Positions 48,128 through 58,430 of a stretch of DNA of 64,000 nt are shown here, piece by piece. The notes below the pieces were generated by a model, which saw nothing but the letters and a program-made list of their open reading frames with translations, did not search any database and was not told the origin of the DNA. Source of the stretch: an uncultured Armatimonadetes bacterium (lineage in GTDB: Bacteria > Armatimonadota > UBA5829 > DTJY01). The stretch covers positions 4,032,001-4,096,000 of the forward strand of contig OY970325.1 of NCBI GenBank assembly GCA_963717145.1, written 5' to 3'. The position numbers and the translations under genes are program-made. Within the stretch, counting starts at the first letter, position 1; each line of letters begins with the position of its first letter.

Positions 48128-49363
48128 CTAGTCCAATCCGCCGGACTCCTCCTGGGCGATGCGGGCCCAGGAGGCGAGGCGCCGGGGATCGTTGTCGCAG
48201 GTGTGCGTGTCCTTGAGGATCATCTCGACCACGCAACCCTTCCCAACGTCGAGCGTCTCGCGGATATCCCGACGGATCCAATCCTCGTCGAACTTGCCGC
48301 ACATCTGCGCGGGATTCGGCTTCCAGGAGAAGATATACCTGTTCCCGAGGCCCTCAGCCGCGAGGCGTTTATCCGCCCACGGGCTGATCGAAATCCTCCG
48401 CAGGCGCGGAATCTTGAGCACGTATTCCAGGCGGTCGGTCACCGGCTCGCAGCACCCGTAGCAGTTCAGGCCGTAGCGGTCCATCAGCGGGCGCTGGTAC
48501 TGGAAGACGAACTCCTCGTGCATCGCGCCCGAGACGCCGACGAGTTCCTGCGCCTCGCCGAACCCCCAGAGGTTTCTCAGGCGCACCCGTCCGTCGAAGT
48601 CGGGGCCGGGTAGCTCGTCGGTATATCCGATGCCGCCCGATGCGATGTACTCATCGTTGTTGTCGAGGTCGAGCTTCGGGTAGGCATCGACCTGATCGAG
48701 CATGTGCATGTTTCCATCCGCCAGGAACTTCATCACCCGGTGGACGAACTCCGGCCTTTCGATCATGTCGTACATCATCTGATCGAGGCCGCGGAGGTAC
48801 ATATAGACGTTCGCCAGGCCGGTGAACCCCCAGATGAACATGCGGTGGAAGACCTTGACCTCGAGGATGTCGCCGACCGCCTCCCGCATGGCGTCGAAGT
48901 TGCGCCGAGTCGCCTCCTCGTCGATCACGATGTCGGGGACCTGCAGCTTGTCGATATCCGACTCATCCTTCATCGGTGGATCGATGTGCCACGCGCCACG
49001 GGGCATGTCGCTGTGGGTGTATCCGCACGAGAGTCCCCAGCCGGTGTGCGTCCACGCGAGGTGGACTTTGAGGTGCGGCTCGATGGGCCAGTCGTCGTGG
49101 AGGACCTCCCCGTGGTAGATGATCTGGCGGAAGTGGTTCTCGTAGGCACGGGCGAGTGGATCGGTGCATCGGAGAGTGCCTTCCGGGAAGATCTCGCCCC
49201 ATGAGCCTTCCGGGGAGACGAGCACCATCGGCTTGGTCTTCTTCAGGCTGTTGTGGAGCTTCCACATCTCGCGCAGTTTCGCCTGGCGGGGATGATTGCC
49301 GATTTCCGCGACCTTTTTCGCAAGCTCGCGGAGGATCTGTCGGTCGTTCGTTTCAAATGGCAT
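48128..49363 (-). CDS. URO-D-like TIM-barrel protein
   Basis: LRGLDQMMYD..ERPEFVH, AQELVGVS..MHEEF, YGCCEP, ISISPW, SWKPNP. Confidence 0.7.
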   Translation of the reverse strand: MPFETNDRQILRELAKKVAEIGNHPRQAKLREMWKLHNSLKKTKPMVLVSPEGSWGEIFPEGTLRCTDPLARAYENHFRQIIYHGEVLHDDWPIEPHLKVHLAWTHTGWGLSCGYTHSDMPRGAWHIDPPMKDESDIDKLQVPDIVIDEEATRRNFDAMREAVGDILEVKVFHRMFIWGFTGLANVYMYLRGLDQMMYDMIERPEFVHRVMKFLADGNMHMLDQVDAYPKLDLDNNDEYIASGGIGYTDELPGPDFDGRVRLRNLWGFGEAQELVGVSGAMHEEFVFQYQRPLMDRYGLNCYGCCEPVTDRLEYVLKIPRLRRISISPWADKRLAAEGLGNRYIFSWKPNPAQMCGKFDEDWIRRDIRETLDVGKGCVVEMILKDTHTCDNDPRRLASWARIAQEESGGLD

Positions 49364-49420
49364 GGCCAACCTCCAGAATGGTTGATGGTATATGGTTCAT
49401 GGTTGATGCGGGATCTCACA

Positions 49421-49528
49421 TTGGTGTTTCGGGATTTGAGTGACTCTGGGAACGGAAATCCCGAAATGCGTCTCTCGTCCCGTTTCGGGATTTCCGTTCC
49501 CAGAGTCACTCAAATCCCGAAACACCAA
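49421..49528. repeat. Perfect 46-bp-arm inverted repeat whose arms are themselves bounded by TTTCGGGATTT/AAATCCCGAAA
   Basis: Directly visible. REPIN-like doublet. Confidence 0.85.
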
Positions 49529-49551
49529 CCTCTCATTTCCGTACCAGGGTC

Positions 49552-52500
49552 TCATTCCTCGACCCTCAGGCCGTCTATGTGGACCAGCTTGTCGTCGGCG
49601 ACCTCGATGCGGATCGTGTGACGGCGGGCGGTTGGGAACTCCCGGCGGTAGACGCAGACGCCCCAGATGTCATCGGCGGAGTAGGTATCGACGACCTCGG
49701 CCGGGTCGCCGTCGATGCTGACCGACGCCGGGCCGCAGTCCGCGCCGAGCTTCGAGAACCAGAGCACCTTCCGCCCCTCGAAGGCGAACTCCACCGACGC
49801 GCCCTTCTGCTTGGAGAATGAGATCGTGCCGTCATGCGCCGGTTGGAGACCCGATCGGCGCTCCCAGTCGCCAGTGTACGTCAAGGCGCTCGATCTGTCA
49901 TCCACGATCAGCGCGGGTTTGCCGGATGAACCCTTGGCGGAGATGCGCTCGGAGGCGTTCCCGTCTCCATCCACGGTACGTACCTCGTACTTGGCCGCCG
50001 GGTCCGCTCCCGCCGAATGGTCGAAGTAGATACGTCCCCTTGGCGACTCTGTCGAGCGGCTGCGCCGTTCCGCGAAGACCTCGTAGTAGGAGACCCAGTT
50101 GTTGTCCGACCCCGGCTTCCACATCAGCTCGACTCCCGGATAGCCCATGTTCTCCGCCGCGCGCTTGGTGACGCTGCTGGGCGGAGTCGGCGGCTCGGTG
50201 TCGAGCTTGCTGCCCGGGGTGCATCGGCAGGTTGAGGTAGATCAACTCGCCGGGGAGCATCTTCTCGATCGAGATGCCTGCCGTCATCAGGTCTGTGCCA
50301 GACCGCTTCTCGGTGCGCTTCGATTCGCTCGAATGAGACGGAATAGGTCTCATCGGGAAGCAGACCCTTGGGCGTGATCGTCACCGGCCCGGACGCGGGC
50401 CGCTTGATGATGATCACGCCGCGCAGGCCGTCGCCGCTGAGCCGCTGGAAGGTACATCGTCGGGTCATCGCCGGTCACGATCGGACGGTAGACGTGGACC
50501 CATCGGCCGACGACGCCGTTGTTTCTGCAGGTAGTGGTAGATGTCGATCAGCTCGCGCAGGCCCTCCAGCTTCGTCGGGCTCCCATGTGTCGCCGGTCAT
50601 GTCGAAGTTGATGCAGAGGAGCGCCGCGCCACGTCGCCTTGTCGTACTTGGCGGGATTCCAGATGTCGGGCATGTCGCTCGTCTTGTCGGGCGGGAAGAG
50701 CAGCGACGCGTAGTAGTTGCGCGAGGATGCCCGACCGCGCCATCGCTGAACTGGATCGTCGAGGCGTAGCGGATGTAGTCGTAGCCGCAGTAGTTGCCGC
50801 CGCCGTTGACCGCCTGGAACGCGCAGCTGGGATGCTTGTCGAGGAAGTGCCGGAGGATCTCGCGGAAGCCCTGGTCCTGGCCGAGCAGCGGCGTGTCGTC
50901 GCCGTCGCTGCGGGCTGGTGAAGAAGCTGTCGTTGCGCCACTCGAAGTCGCCCCAGCGCTCGACGAAATCGTCGAGTTGCCCCTCGATGAACTCGACGAC
51001 TTCGGGCTCGGACATGTCGAGCGTGTCTGCCGAGCACCCAGTCCGGATGCTCCTTCGCCACCTTCGACTCGGGATCGACCGTGTAGAGGAACGCGTAGAT
51101 GAGCTGGCCCATGTCCGTACTTGCGCAGGTACTCGCCGGTCGTGCGGAAGTCCGGGCCGTTCCAGTCGCCCGCGCGATCCCACCAGCCCCAGTCGCGGTG
51201 GTAGACGTCTGCGCCGATGTAGCGCATGAGGTCGGCGACGCGGAAGACCTTGCGGAAGGTGCTGTCCAGGTCCGGCTTGCCGCCGGTCCAGCCGACGCCC
51301 GGCTGGCCCCAGCCGGTGCCCTTGCATCCAGTAGCCGAGCATCCGGATCGCCGGGAACCATCCCTCGCGGGTGTAGTCCCACAGATAGCGGTACTGCCAG
51401 TCGAGGCATTCGTTGCCGGCGTTGTCGAGGTCGTCGCGGAAGAGGCCGACGAACGCCTTCGGGGTCGTGACGCGACTCGCCCGGCGCGAGGGTCTGCTTG
51501 TGGCCGGCGACCTTCAGTTGCGCCGTGATCGACGCCGTCGGCTGCAGCTCGAAGGACGACGCCCAGTGGCCGAAGTAGTCCCAGCCGATGAAGAGGCCGT
51601 CGCCGGTGTCTCGGTCGTAGCAGCGCGTACCACGGCGCGTAGCTCGATGAGCCCATGCCGGAAGCCGTAGCCCGAACTCCCGCCGGACGCGTTGCCGGTG
51701 TTGCAGACCGATGCCGGTCACGCGGACTCTGCCCGCCTTCGGCGCGGTCCAGACGCGGACGGCGTCCTGGCCGGCGTCAGGATGCTGATTGCCCGCTCCG
51801 ACGAACGGCGTGCCGGTCGCGTTGTCCTGCGTCTTGCGCCACTGCTTGTGCTCGGGGTAGTAGACCAGGTCGACGAACTTGCCGTCCTCGATGTACTGGT
51901 ATCGCCAGCCGCTCTTCCCCTGCTCGCCGCTGAACTCCCCGGAGGCTGTATGGGTCTCGCCGTCTTCGTAGGTGATCGTCGGGTTGAAGGCGGTGGTGTC
52001 AAAGCCGATGTTTCCGTGCATGTTGACCAGGAAGACCAGCCTGTCGCCCGCCGTCACGTCGAGCGGCGACATCGAACGGGACAGTGACGGTGGCGTTGGG
52101 GACGTACTGCCAGCCCTCCGCGGGCCAGACCTGCCGATCGTTCAGCATGATCCTGGCGTCTGATCCCGTCGCCGGGGAACTCGGGGTGGTCCGCGGGAAG
52201 CGGCTCGTAGGAATCGAACGTGCGCGTCTTGCCTGGTGTCAGCGACTCGGTCTTGAGCGTCCAGGAGCCGGGCTGGTTCTCGCCGCCGGTCATCCAGTGG
52301 AAATCGGGTGAACCGCCGAGCCGCACTCCGAGGTTGAGGAACTCCGGCTCGACGACCTGGAGCGGCGCATCGCCCGTATTCGTAAAGCTGACCCACTCCC
52401 GGATCACGCTCGACTTGGGGTAGATGACGAAAACCTTGGTGGCCTTCAGAGGTCCCTGCTGGAGAGCGATACGGAGTTCCAGTTCGCCGTGTTTGAGCTT

Positions 52501-52749
52501 GTTCGTGTCGGAACTGACAAGCTCCCAGCGTCCTGCCAGCAGCTCATCCGGGGCGGCGACCTCACGGCCCTTGATCTTGAAGCTCTTGAGGAGTAATCGG
52601 CCGTCCTCCAGGGCGACGGTCCGCTCGACGGACGCCGTTCCGAAGGTCCACGTCGTGCCCTCCTGTTTGACGTAGGCATCGCTGTTGCGCATCGGATTCC
52701 CTCCTGTCGCGAGAACTAGTACACTGCAAATCAAGGCTGCTGTCAGCAA
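49552..52749 (-). pseudogene. GH36/alpha-galactosidase-like glycoside hydrolase broken by many frameshifts (pseudogene or assembly error)
   Basis: Consecutive fragments in different frames: signal peptide, VIREWV, GWDYFGHW, YHRDWGWWD..GDW, KEHPDWV, WRND, and a C-terminal FEGRKV.W.S module. Confidence 0.6.
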
Positions 52750-52761
52750 GTCGATTCTCCT

Positions 52762-53103
52762 CTATGTGCGAGCCAGATAAAGGTACGTGACCCGGTTGTC
52801 GGGGCCGATGTAGACGTACAGCCTCCAAACGAAGTCGTTGTACTCCAGGACTTCTTTCTCCACGGGCCTTGTCGGCACAGGTATGTAGTTCGCAGTATGC
52901 ATTTCCTTGAGCGACTGCGCCACGTGATTCGGCTGACCCTTGACCGCGATCACCTCGGAGCGAGTCATGCCGACATGCATGCCGTTCATCAAGGAACGAC
53001 GAGATCGTTCGTTCATGATCTGTGGACCGTTCATGAAGAGGATCACACCGGCTGCCACGATGGCAAGCGCGACAACCAGCCAGATAACCAGCGAACGCTT
53101 CAT
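52762..53103 (-). CDS. Small membrane-anchored SmpA/BamE-like protein
   Basis: N-terminal TM and GMHVGMTRSEVIAVKGQP. Confidence 0.6.
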   Translation of the reverse strand: MKRSLVIWLVVALAIVAAGVILFMNGPQIMNERSRRSLMNGMHVGMTRSEVIAVKGQPNHVAQSLKEMHTANYIPVPTRPVEKEVLEYNDFVWRLYVYIGPDNRVTYLYLART

Positions 53104-53211
53104 CTCATACCCCCTGATGGGCTCTCTTACATGAAGCTGTTCGATCAATGCGCCTTCTTCCCCTGCAGGACAATGGGCCGCATTGTGTGAAAGTCTCCCC
53201 TGAGGCGGAAC

Positions 53212-53783
53212 ATGAAGCGATCGAAGCAAAATCGGCCGAAGGACTGCCCGTTCGTCGGCAAGGGCGGGCTCAAACTGCAGTTCGCGCTCGAGCATTTCGG
53301 ACTCGACGTGTGCGACACGGTCGCCGCCGATCTCGGATGCAACATCGGCGGGTTCACGGACGCCCTCCTCCAGGCCGGCGCATCGAAGGTGTATGCCGTC
53401 GATACCTCCTACGGGCTGCTGGCCTGGAAGCTGCGAACCGACGAGCGCGTGGTCGTCTTCGAGCGGACGAACGTGCTCCGCTGGACGGCCCCGAGCAGGT
53501 CGATCTGGTGGTCGCGGACCTCGGATGGACCCGCCAGGAGTTGACGCTGCCGGTGATCGCGCGAATCCTCAAGCCGGGCGGTCAGGCGCTCTCGCTCGTG
53601 AAGCCGCAGTATGAAGTCCCCGGCAACAAGGGTGTCCTGCCTGAGGAACAGATCCCCGAGGCGCTCGAGATGGTCCACTCGATCATCCCCGACGAGTTCG
53701 AAGTCCTCGGCGAGGAGCGCTCCCCATACGTCGGCAGTGGAGGCAACGTCGAGTATTGGTTGTGGCTGCGGAAACACGAATAG
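53212..53783 (+). CDS. tlyA: TlyA-family rRNA methyltransferase lacking an S4 domain; frameshift near 53490
   Basis: FVGKGGLKL, DLGCNIGGFTDALLQ.GA..VYAVD, LVKPQYE, SPY.G..GNVEY. Confidence 0.75.
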
Positions 53784-54046
53784 CACGAATGGACGAATAT
53801 GGGGAAAGACCCGGCATGGTGTTTTTTCGGTAACTCGGATCATCAAGTGATAGCTCATGTTCTCAAGGTACCCGAACACGAATGGGGCCAGGGATCCATT
53901 CGCGGATGGCCTTCCTGATCCCATCCCATCCCATTCGTGTTCCGTTACCTTGAGAACATGACCTACCGCCCTGTAGACTGAGTTACCGAAGTCCCCAAAC
54001 CCGATTCTCCCCATATTCGTCCATTCGTGGGATTCGTGTTTTCCGA
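53769..54046. repeat. Multi-layer nested inverted repeat (CACGAAT family outside, CATGTTCTCAAGGTA family inside)
   Basis: At least three nested pairs of inverted arms fill the whole intergenic space. Confidence 0.8.
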
Positions 54047-54093
54047 AGGATACCCGTGCCTCCACAATGAACCTCTCTGTTGGTGTTCAACTC

Positions 54094-55074
54094 ATGCAAA
54101 CAATCGGGATAGACATCGGCGGGACGAAGATCGCGGGGGCACTGGTCGACCGCTCGGGGGAGATTCGCGACCGCATTCAGTGCCCCACGCGGGCATCCGA
54201 GGGCGCGGAGGCGGTCATGTCACGAGTGATCGACCTGGCCGCGAGTCTCCGTCAGGCGTCCGGCGGGAAGATCGAGGGCATCGGGGTCGCGTCCGGCGGC
54301 CAGATTGACCCCGTGACCGGCGTCGTCATCCACGCGACCGACCTGCTTCCCGGCTGGAAGGGCACGCGCATCACCGAGATGATCGAGACACGGTTCCGCG
54401 TCAGGGCACGCGCGCTCAATGACGGGAGCGCCGCCGCGCTCGGCGAGGGCCGGTTTGGGGCCGCCAGAGATGTCAGGGATTTCGTGCTCCTCACACTCGG
54501 GACCGGAGTCGGTGGAGGGATCGTGGCCGGCGGGAAGCTCGTCTCAGGCGCGCTCGGTGTCGCCGGCTCGATCGGCCACATGGTGATCGACTGCGACGGC
54601 CGCCCCTGCAACTGCGGGAGTCGCGGATGCCTCGAGGCATACGTCTCCGGGACGGCGATCCTCGGCCGGATGATCGAACTCGCCGATGAACGGGGCTACG
54701 ACTCCCAATTCATCAGGCGGTTGAGGCAGGGCGAGCCGCGCAGCTCGACCCTCATGCACGACGCGGTCAGGGACAGGCTCGGGAACGAGGTCGTTCGCGA
54801 GGCCGGCGACTACCTCGGCTGGGGGTTCGTCTCCCTGCTCAACCTGCTCAACCCGGCGATGATCGTGGTCGGCGGCGGAGTGGCCATCCTCGGGGAAGCG
54901 CTCCTGGATCCGGCGAGGGAGATCGCCCGAAAGCACGCGCTTCGAGGGGAATGGGACCCGGTCCGCATCGTCCGAGCCGAGTTGGGCAACAACGCGGGCC
55001 TCGTTGGGGCCGCGAGTTTGGTGTGGGAGGAACACAGAAGCGCGGAAGGAAAGGAATCACGGAATGCTCTCTGA
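54094..55074 (+). CDS. ROK-family sugar kinase
   Basis: GIDIGGTK, ND..AAALGE, GTGVGGG, IGHM, CNCGSRGCLEAY. Confidence 0.92.
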   Translation: MQTIGIDIGGTKIAGALVDRSGEIRDRIQCPTRASEGAEAVMSRVIDLAASLRQASGGKIEGIGVASGGQIDPVTGVVIHATDLLPGWKGTRITEMIETRFRVRARALNDGSAAALGEGRFGAARDVRDFVLLTLGTGVGGGIVAGGKLVSGALGVAGSIGHMVIDCDGRPCNCGSRGCLEAYVSGTAILGRMIELADERGYDSQFIRRLRQGEPRSSTLMHDAVRDRLGNEVVREAGDYLGWGFVSLLNLLNPAMIVVGGGVAILGEALLDPAREIARKHALRGEWDPVRIVRAELGNNAGLVGAASLVWEEHRSAEGKESRNAL

Positions 55075-57163
55075 TCTGAGTTCCATTTGCCATGCCTTCT
55101 GTGTTTTCTGTGTTCTTCTGTGCATTCTGTGTTCCAATGGAGTTGCAGCGGTGGATGATACTCAGGCGAAGGCGTTTTTCGAGTTGGTCAACCTCGACTA
55201 CTCGGGGCTGGAGGCGGTCAGGGCGGCCGTCCAATCGGGCGACTATGGTCAGGCGAAGGAGCGGATCGCTCAGTACTACAGGACCCGCACGAAGCCGGGG
55301 TGGTACTGCGACGAGCCTCCGGAAGGTGGCCTGTATCCCTCGCTCGACTCCACCACCGCCGATGACGTTCTCGCCCGCAGGTTCACCATCAGCAGCAAGA
55401 CCGCTCAGTACGAGCGCAAGATCGACTGGGCCGTCGTGCCCTATGGCGACCGGGAGTTCACCTGGCTGCTCAACCGGCACACCTACTTCCTCGAACTCGG
55501 GCGGGCGTATCTGCGGACCGGCGACGAGAAGTACGCCCTGGCATTCGACGAGATCATCACCGACTGGATCGTCAGCAATCCGGTGGCGGAGGCCGCCGGG
55601 CCCAGCAGGAACTCCTGGCGCACGCTCGAGGCAGGCATCAGGATGTTCAACTCCTGGCAGATGGCCTGGAACTCCTTCAGGGATTCGCCGAGCTTCACCA
55701 CGGACGCACGGATCATGATGCTCAAGTCCTTCGCCGAGCACGCGGAGTACCTGATGAAGTACCCACACGGCGGGAACTGGGAGCTGATGCAGTCGAACGG
55801 ACTGCTCCACGTCGGCGCGATGTTCCCCGAGTTCAGGGACGCTCAGAAGTGGAGAGAGACCGCCGTTGAGCGGCTCGTCAATCAGATGGCGATTCAGGTC
55901 TATCCGGACGGCGCGCAGTTCGAGCTTACGACCTCCTACCACAGCATCAGCCTGTGGAACCTGCTGCATCCCGTGATCCTGATGCACGCCGCCGGGAACT
56001 TCGAACTGCCCAGGGAATACATAGACCGGCTCGAGCAGATGTTTCGGTGGAGTGCCGGTGTCAGCCGGCCGGACGGCAAGGCGACGATGCTGAACGACTC
56101 CGACCAGCACGACATACTCGGCAGGGTGCAGCGTCCTGCGAGGGCGATAGGAGGCGGTACGATTCCCGAGATCAGCCGACTGCTCGATATCCGCTTGGAG
56201 AGCAAGTCGGTCTTCCTCCCGTATTCTGGCGTCTCAACCATGCGGGGGCAGGGCCTCTATCTGCTGATGGACGCCGGCCCCTACGGCGCGGGCCACCAGC
56301 ACGAAGACAAGCTGAACCTGGAGGTCTACGGCTACGGTCGTCCGTTCATCGTCGATCCGGGTCGCTTCACCTACACCGCCTCGGGAGTCCCGTTCAAGGC
56401 AACCGGTGCGCACAACACCATTCTGGTGGACGGCATGGGCCAGAATCGGAGGGCCTCGGACCGAGCCAAGTGGATCGTGAGTGAGCCGGCGCCGGGATGT
56501 CGTTGGATCTCGAACGACGGCTTCGACTACGCCGAGGGGATCTACAACGACGGTTTCGGGACGACGAACGACAAGACGGTTACGCACGTCCGCAAGGTGT
56601 TCTTCGTCAAGCCGGAGTATTGGATTGTGATCGACGTCTTGAAGGGCGAGGGGGAGCACAGTTTCGAGCAGATGTGGCACTTCATGCCCGGCAAGGTGGC
56701 CGCAGAGCCGGGTCTCGTTCGGACGCTTGATCCCGGCGCGAACCTGGCGGTGGTCCGAGTGGACGGCGCACAGGTGCGGATCGTTGAGGATGAGGATCGG
56801 CCGATCCTCGGGTACTACTCGCCAGTGTACAACGTGAGAGAGCCATCCCCGACCGCGGTGTTCACAGGGTCGTGCGCCGCTCCGATTGCCTTCGAGACGG
56901 TGCTCTATCCGTCACAGGGAGACGCGGTCGTGCCTCAGGTGCGAGCGCTCCACTGCCTGATCGACGCCCAGCATCCCGAGCCGGGGCAGGTCTCGGCGAT
57001 CTCGATCAGCCTGCCGGAGTACGAAGATGTCATCGTCATCTGCCACGACGCAGAGTCGATCGGCAAGACCAAGCGGGTCCTCGGCTTCGAGTTCACCGGC
57101 GAGGCGCTCTGGATCCGCACGAACAAGCAGGGCAACACACTGAAGAAGGCGAGCATTCCTTAG
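55064..57163 (+). CDS. Heparinase II/III-family polysaccharide lyase
   Basis: LNRH, WRTLEAGIR, GNW, PDGAQFEL..SYH, DAGPYGAGHQHEDKL, DPG..TY, AHNT..VDG. Start uncertain. Confidence 0.85.
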   Translation: MLSDLSSICHAFCVFCVLLCILCSNGVAAVDDTQAKAFFELVNLDYSGLEAVRAAVQSGDYGQAKERIAQYYRTRTKPGWYCDEPPEGGLYPSLDSTTADDVLARRFTISSKTAQYERKIDWAVVPYGDREFTWLLNRHTYFLELGRAYLRTGDEKYALAFDEIITDWIVSNPVAEAAGPSRNSWRTLEAGIRMFNSWQMAWNSFRDSPSFTTDARIMMLKSFAEHAEYLMKYPHGGNWELMQSNGLLHVGAMFPEFRDAQKWRETAVERLVNQMAIQVYPDGAQFELTTSYHSISLWNLLHPVILMHAAGNFELPREYIDRLEQMFRWSAGVSRPDGKATMLNDSDQHDILGRVQRPARAIGGGTIPEISRLLDIRLESKSVFLPYSGVSTMRGQGLYLLMDAGPYGAGHQHEDKLNLEVYGYGRPFIVDPGRFTYTASGVPFKATGAHNTILVDGMGQNRRASDRAKWIVSEPAPGCRWISNDGFDYAEGIYNDGFGTTNDKTVTHVRKVFFVKPEYWIVIDVLKGEGEHSFEQMWHFMPGKVAAEPGLVRTLDPGANLAVVRVDGAQVRIVEDEDRPILGYYSPVYNVREPSPTAVFTGSCAAPIAFETVLYPSQGDAVVPQVRALHCLIDAQHPEPGQVSAISISLPEYEDVIVICHDAESIGKTKRVLGFEFTGEALWIRTNKQGNTLKKASIP

Positions 57164-57260
57164 AACACAGATAACACAGATGGTTACGGATTAGATGATC
57201 CATTCCCTTTCTGTGCTTTCCGTGTTCCATCTGTTCCATCTGTGTTCCAGAGGGGTTAGC

Positions 57261-58196
57261 ATGTTTGATGTAATCGGAATCGGATACACCGCGACGGACT
57301 ACCTGGGGATCGTGCCCAGGTACGCTGAGATCGATACCAAGATGGAGATGTCGCCGTTCATCAAGCAGGGCGGCGGACCGGCGGCGACCGCAATGGTGGC
57401 CGTTTCGCGGCTCGGCGGACGGGCGTCGTACGTCGGCAAGGTTGGCGACGACGACTTCGGCCGGTTCATGCTCGATCAACTCGCTGTGGAGGGCGTCGAT
57501 ACGTCTCAGGTGACCGTCGCGCCGGGGGCGGAATCCCAGTTCGCCTTCATCGTCGTGGACGGCGAAACCGGAAAGCGGACGATCTACTGGACGCGCTCAG
57601 GAGTGCCGTCGCTCAGGCCCGACGAACTCGACCGGGAGCACGTCCTTTCGGCGAAGGTGCTGCTCGTCGACGGGCACGACATTGAGGCGGCGATCGAGGC
57701 CGCGGGATGGGCGAATGAGGCGGGAATCCCTGTGGTCTACGATGCCGGTACCGCCCGCGAGAACACCGACGTGCTGTTCGAGCGGACCAACTATCTGGCG
57801 GCCTCGAAGCTGTTCGCGACCTCGTTCACGGGGGAGGATGATCCCGAGAAAGCGGCGAGTGCGATGTTTGGCGGGCGACGGAAGCTCTCGGCGGTGACCC
57901 TGGGCAGCGAGGGCTGCTTCTACGCGACCTCGGAGGGCACGGCGTATCAGCCGGCGTTCCAGGTCGATACGGTCGATACCACCGGCGCGGGCGATGTCTT
58001 CCACGGTGCGATGGCGTTTGCGGTGTTCAAGGATTGGCCGATTCCCGAGATGGTCGAGTTCGCGAGTGCGGTGGCGGCGATGAAATGCACCGCCCTCGGC
58101 GGCCGGACCGCGATCCCCTCCCTGCCCCAGGCGCTCGGATTCTTGCGTGAGAGATCACCCAACGGGTTCTGGAGCAGCCAGGCGCATTCGAGTTGA
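57261..58196 (+). CDS. PfkB-family carbohydrate kinase
   Basis: GGGPAAT..VA.SRLG, GKVGDD.FG, VDTTGAGDVFHG. Confidence 0.92.
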   Translation: MFDVIGIGYTATDYLGIVPRYAEIDTKMEMSPFIKQGGGPAATAMVAVSRLGGRASYVGKVGDDDFGRFMLDQLAVEGVDTSQVTVAPGAESQFAFIVVDGETGKRTIYWTRSGVPSLRPDELDREHVLSAKVLLVDGHDIEAAIEAAGWANEAGIPVVYDAGTARENTDVLFERTNYLAASKLFATSFTGEDDPEKAASAMFGGRRKLSAVTLGSEGCFYATSEGTAYQPAFQVDTVDTTGAGDVFHGAMAFAVFKDWPIPEMVEFASAVAAMKCTALGGRTAIPSLPQALGFLRERSPNGFWSSQAHSS

Positions 58197-58430
58197 GTGG
58201 GTGGCGACCGTCTCTCGATATGGTTTCCAGAGAAACCGACTCGAGACTAGACGGGTTTGGGCTTGGGAAGCTTGGCAAGCTACCCAACCGTTCTCCTCGA
58301 GTAGCCACTCTGGTGGCATAACGAGAGGCTGACTCACTCTGCGGAGATGCACCCGGAGCAGCCTCTAAGATACGCCACTCCCCGCGGGTTTCTGGTATAA
58401 TGCGCGAAGAATCGAGTTCGGAGGTAGATC

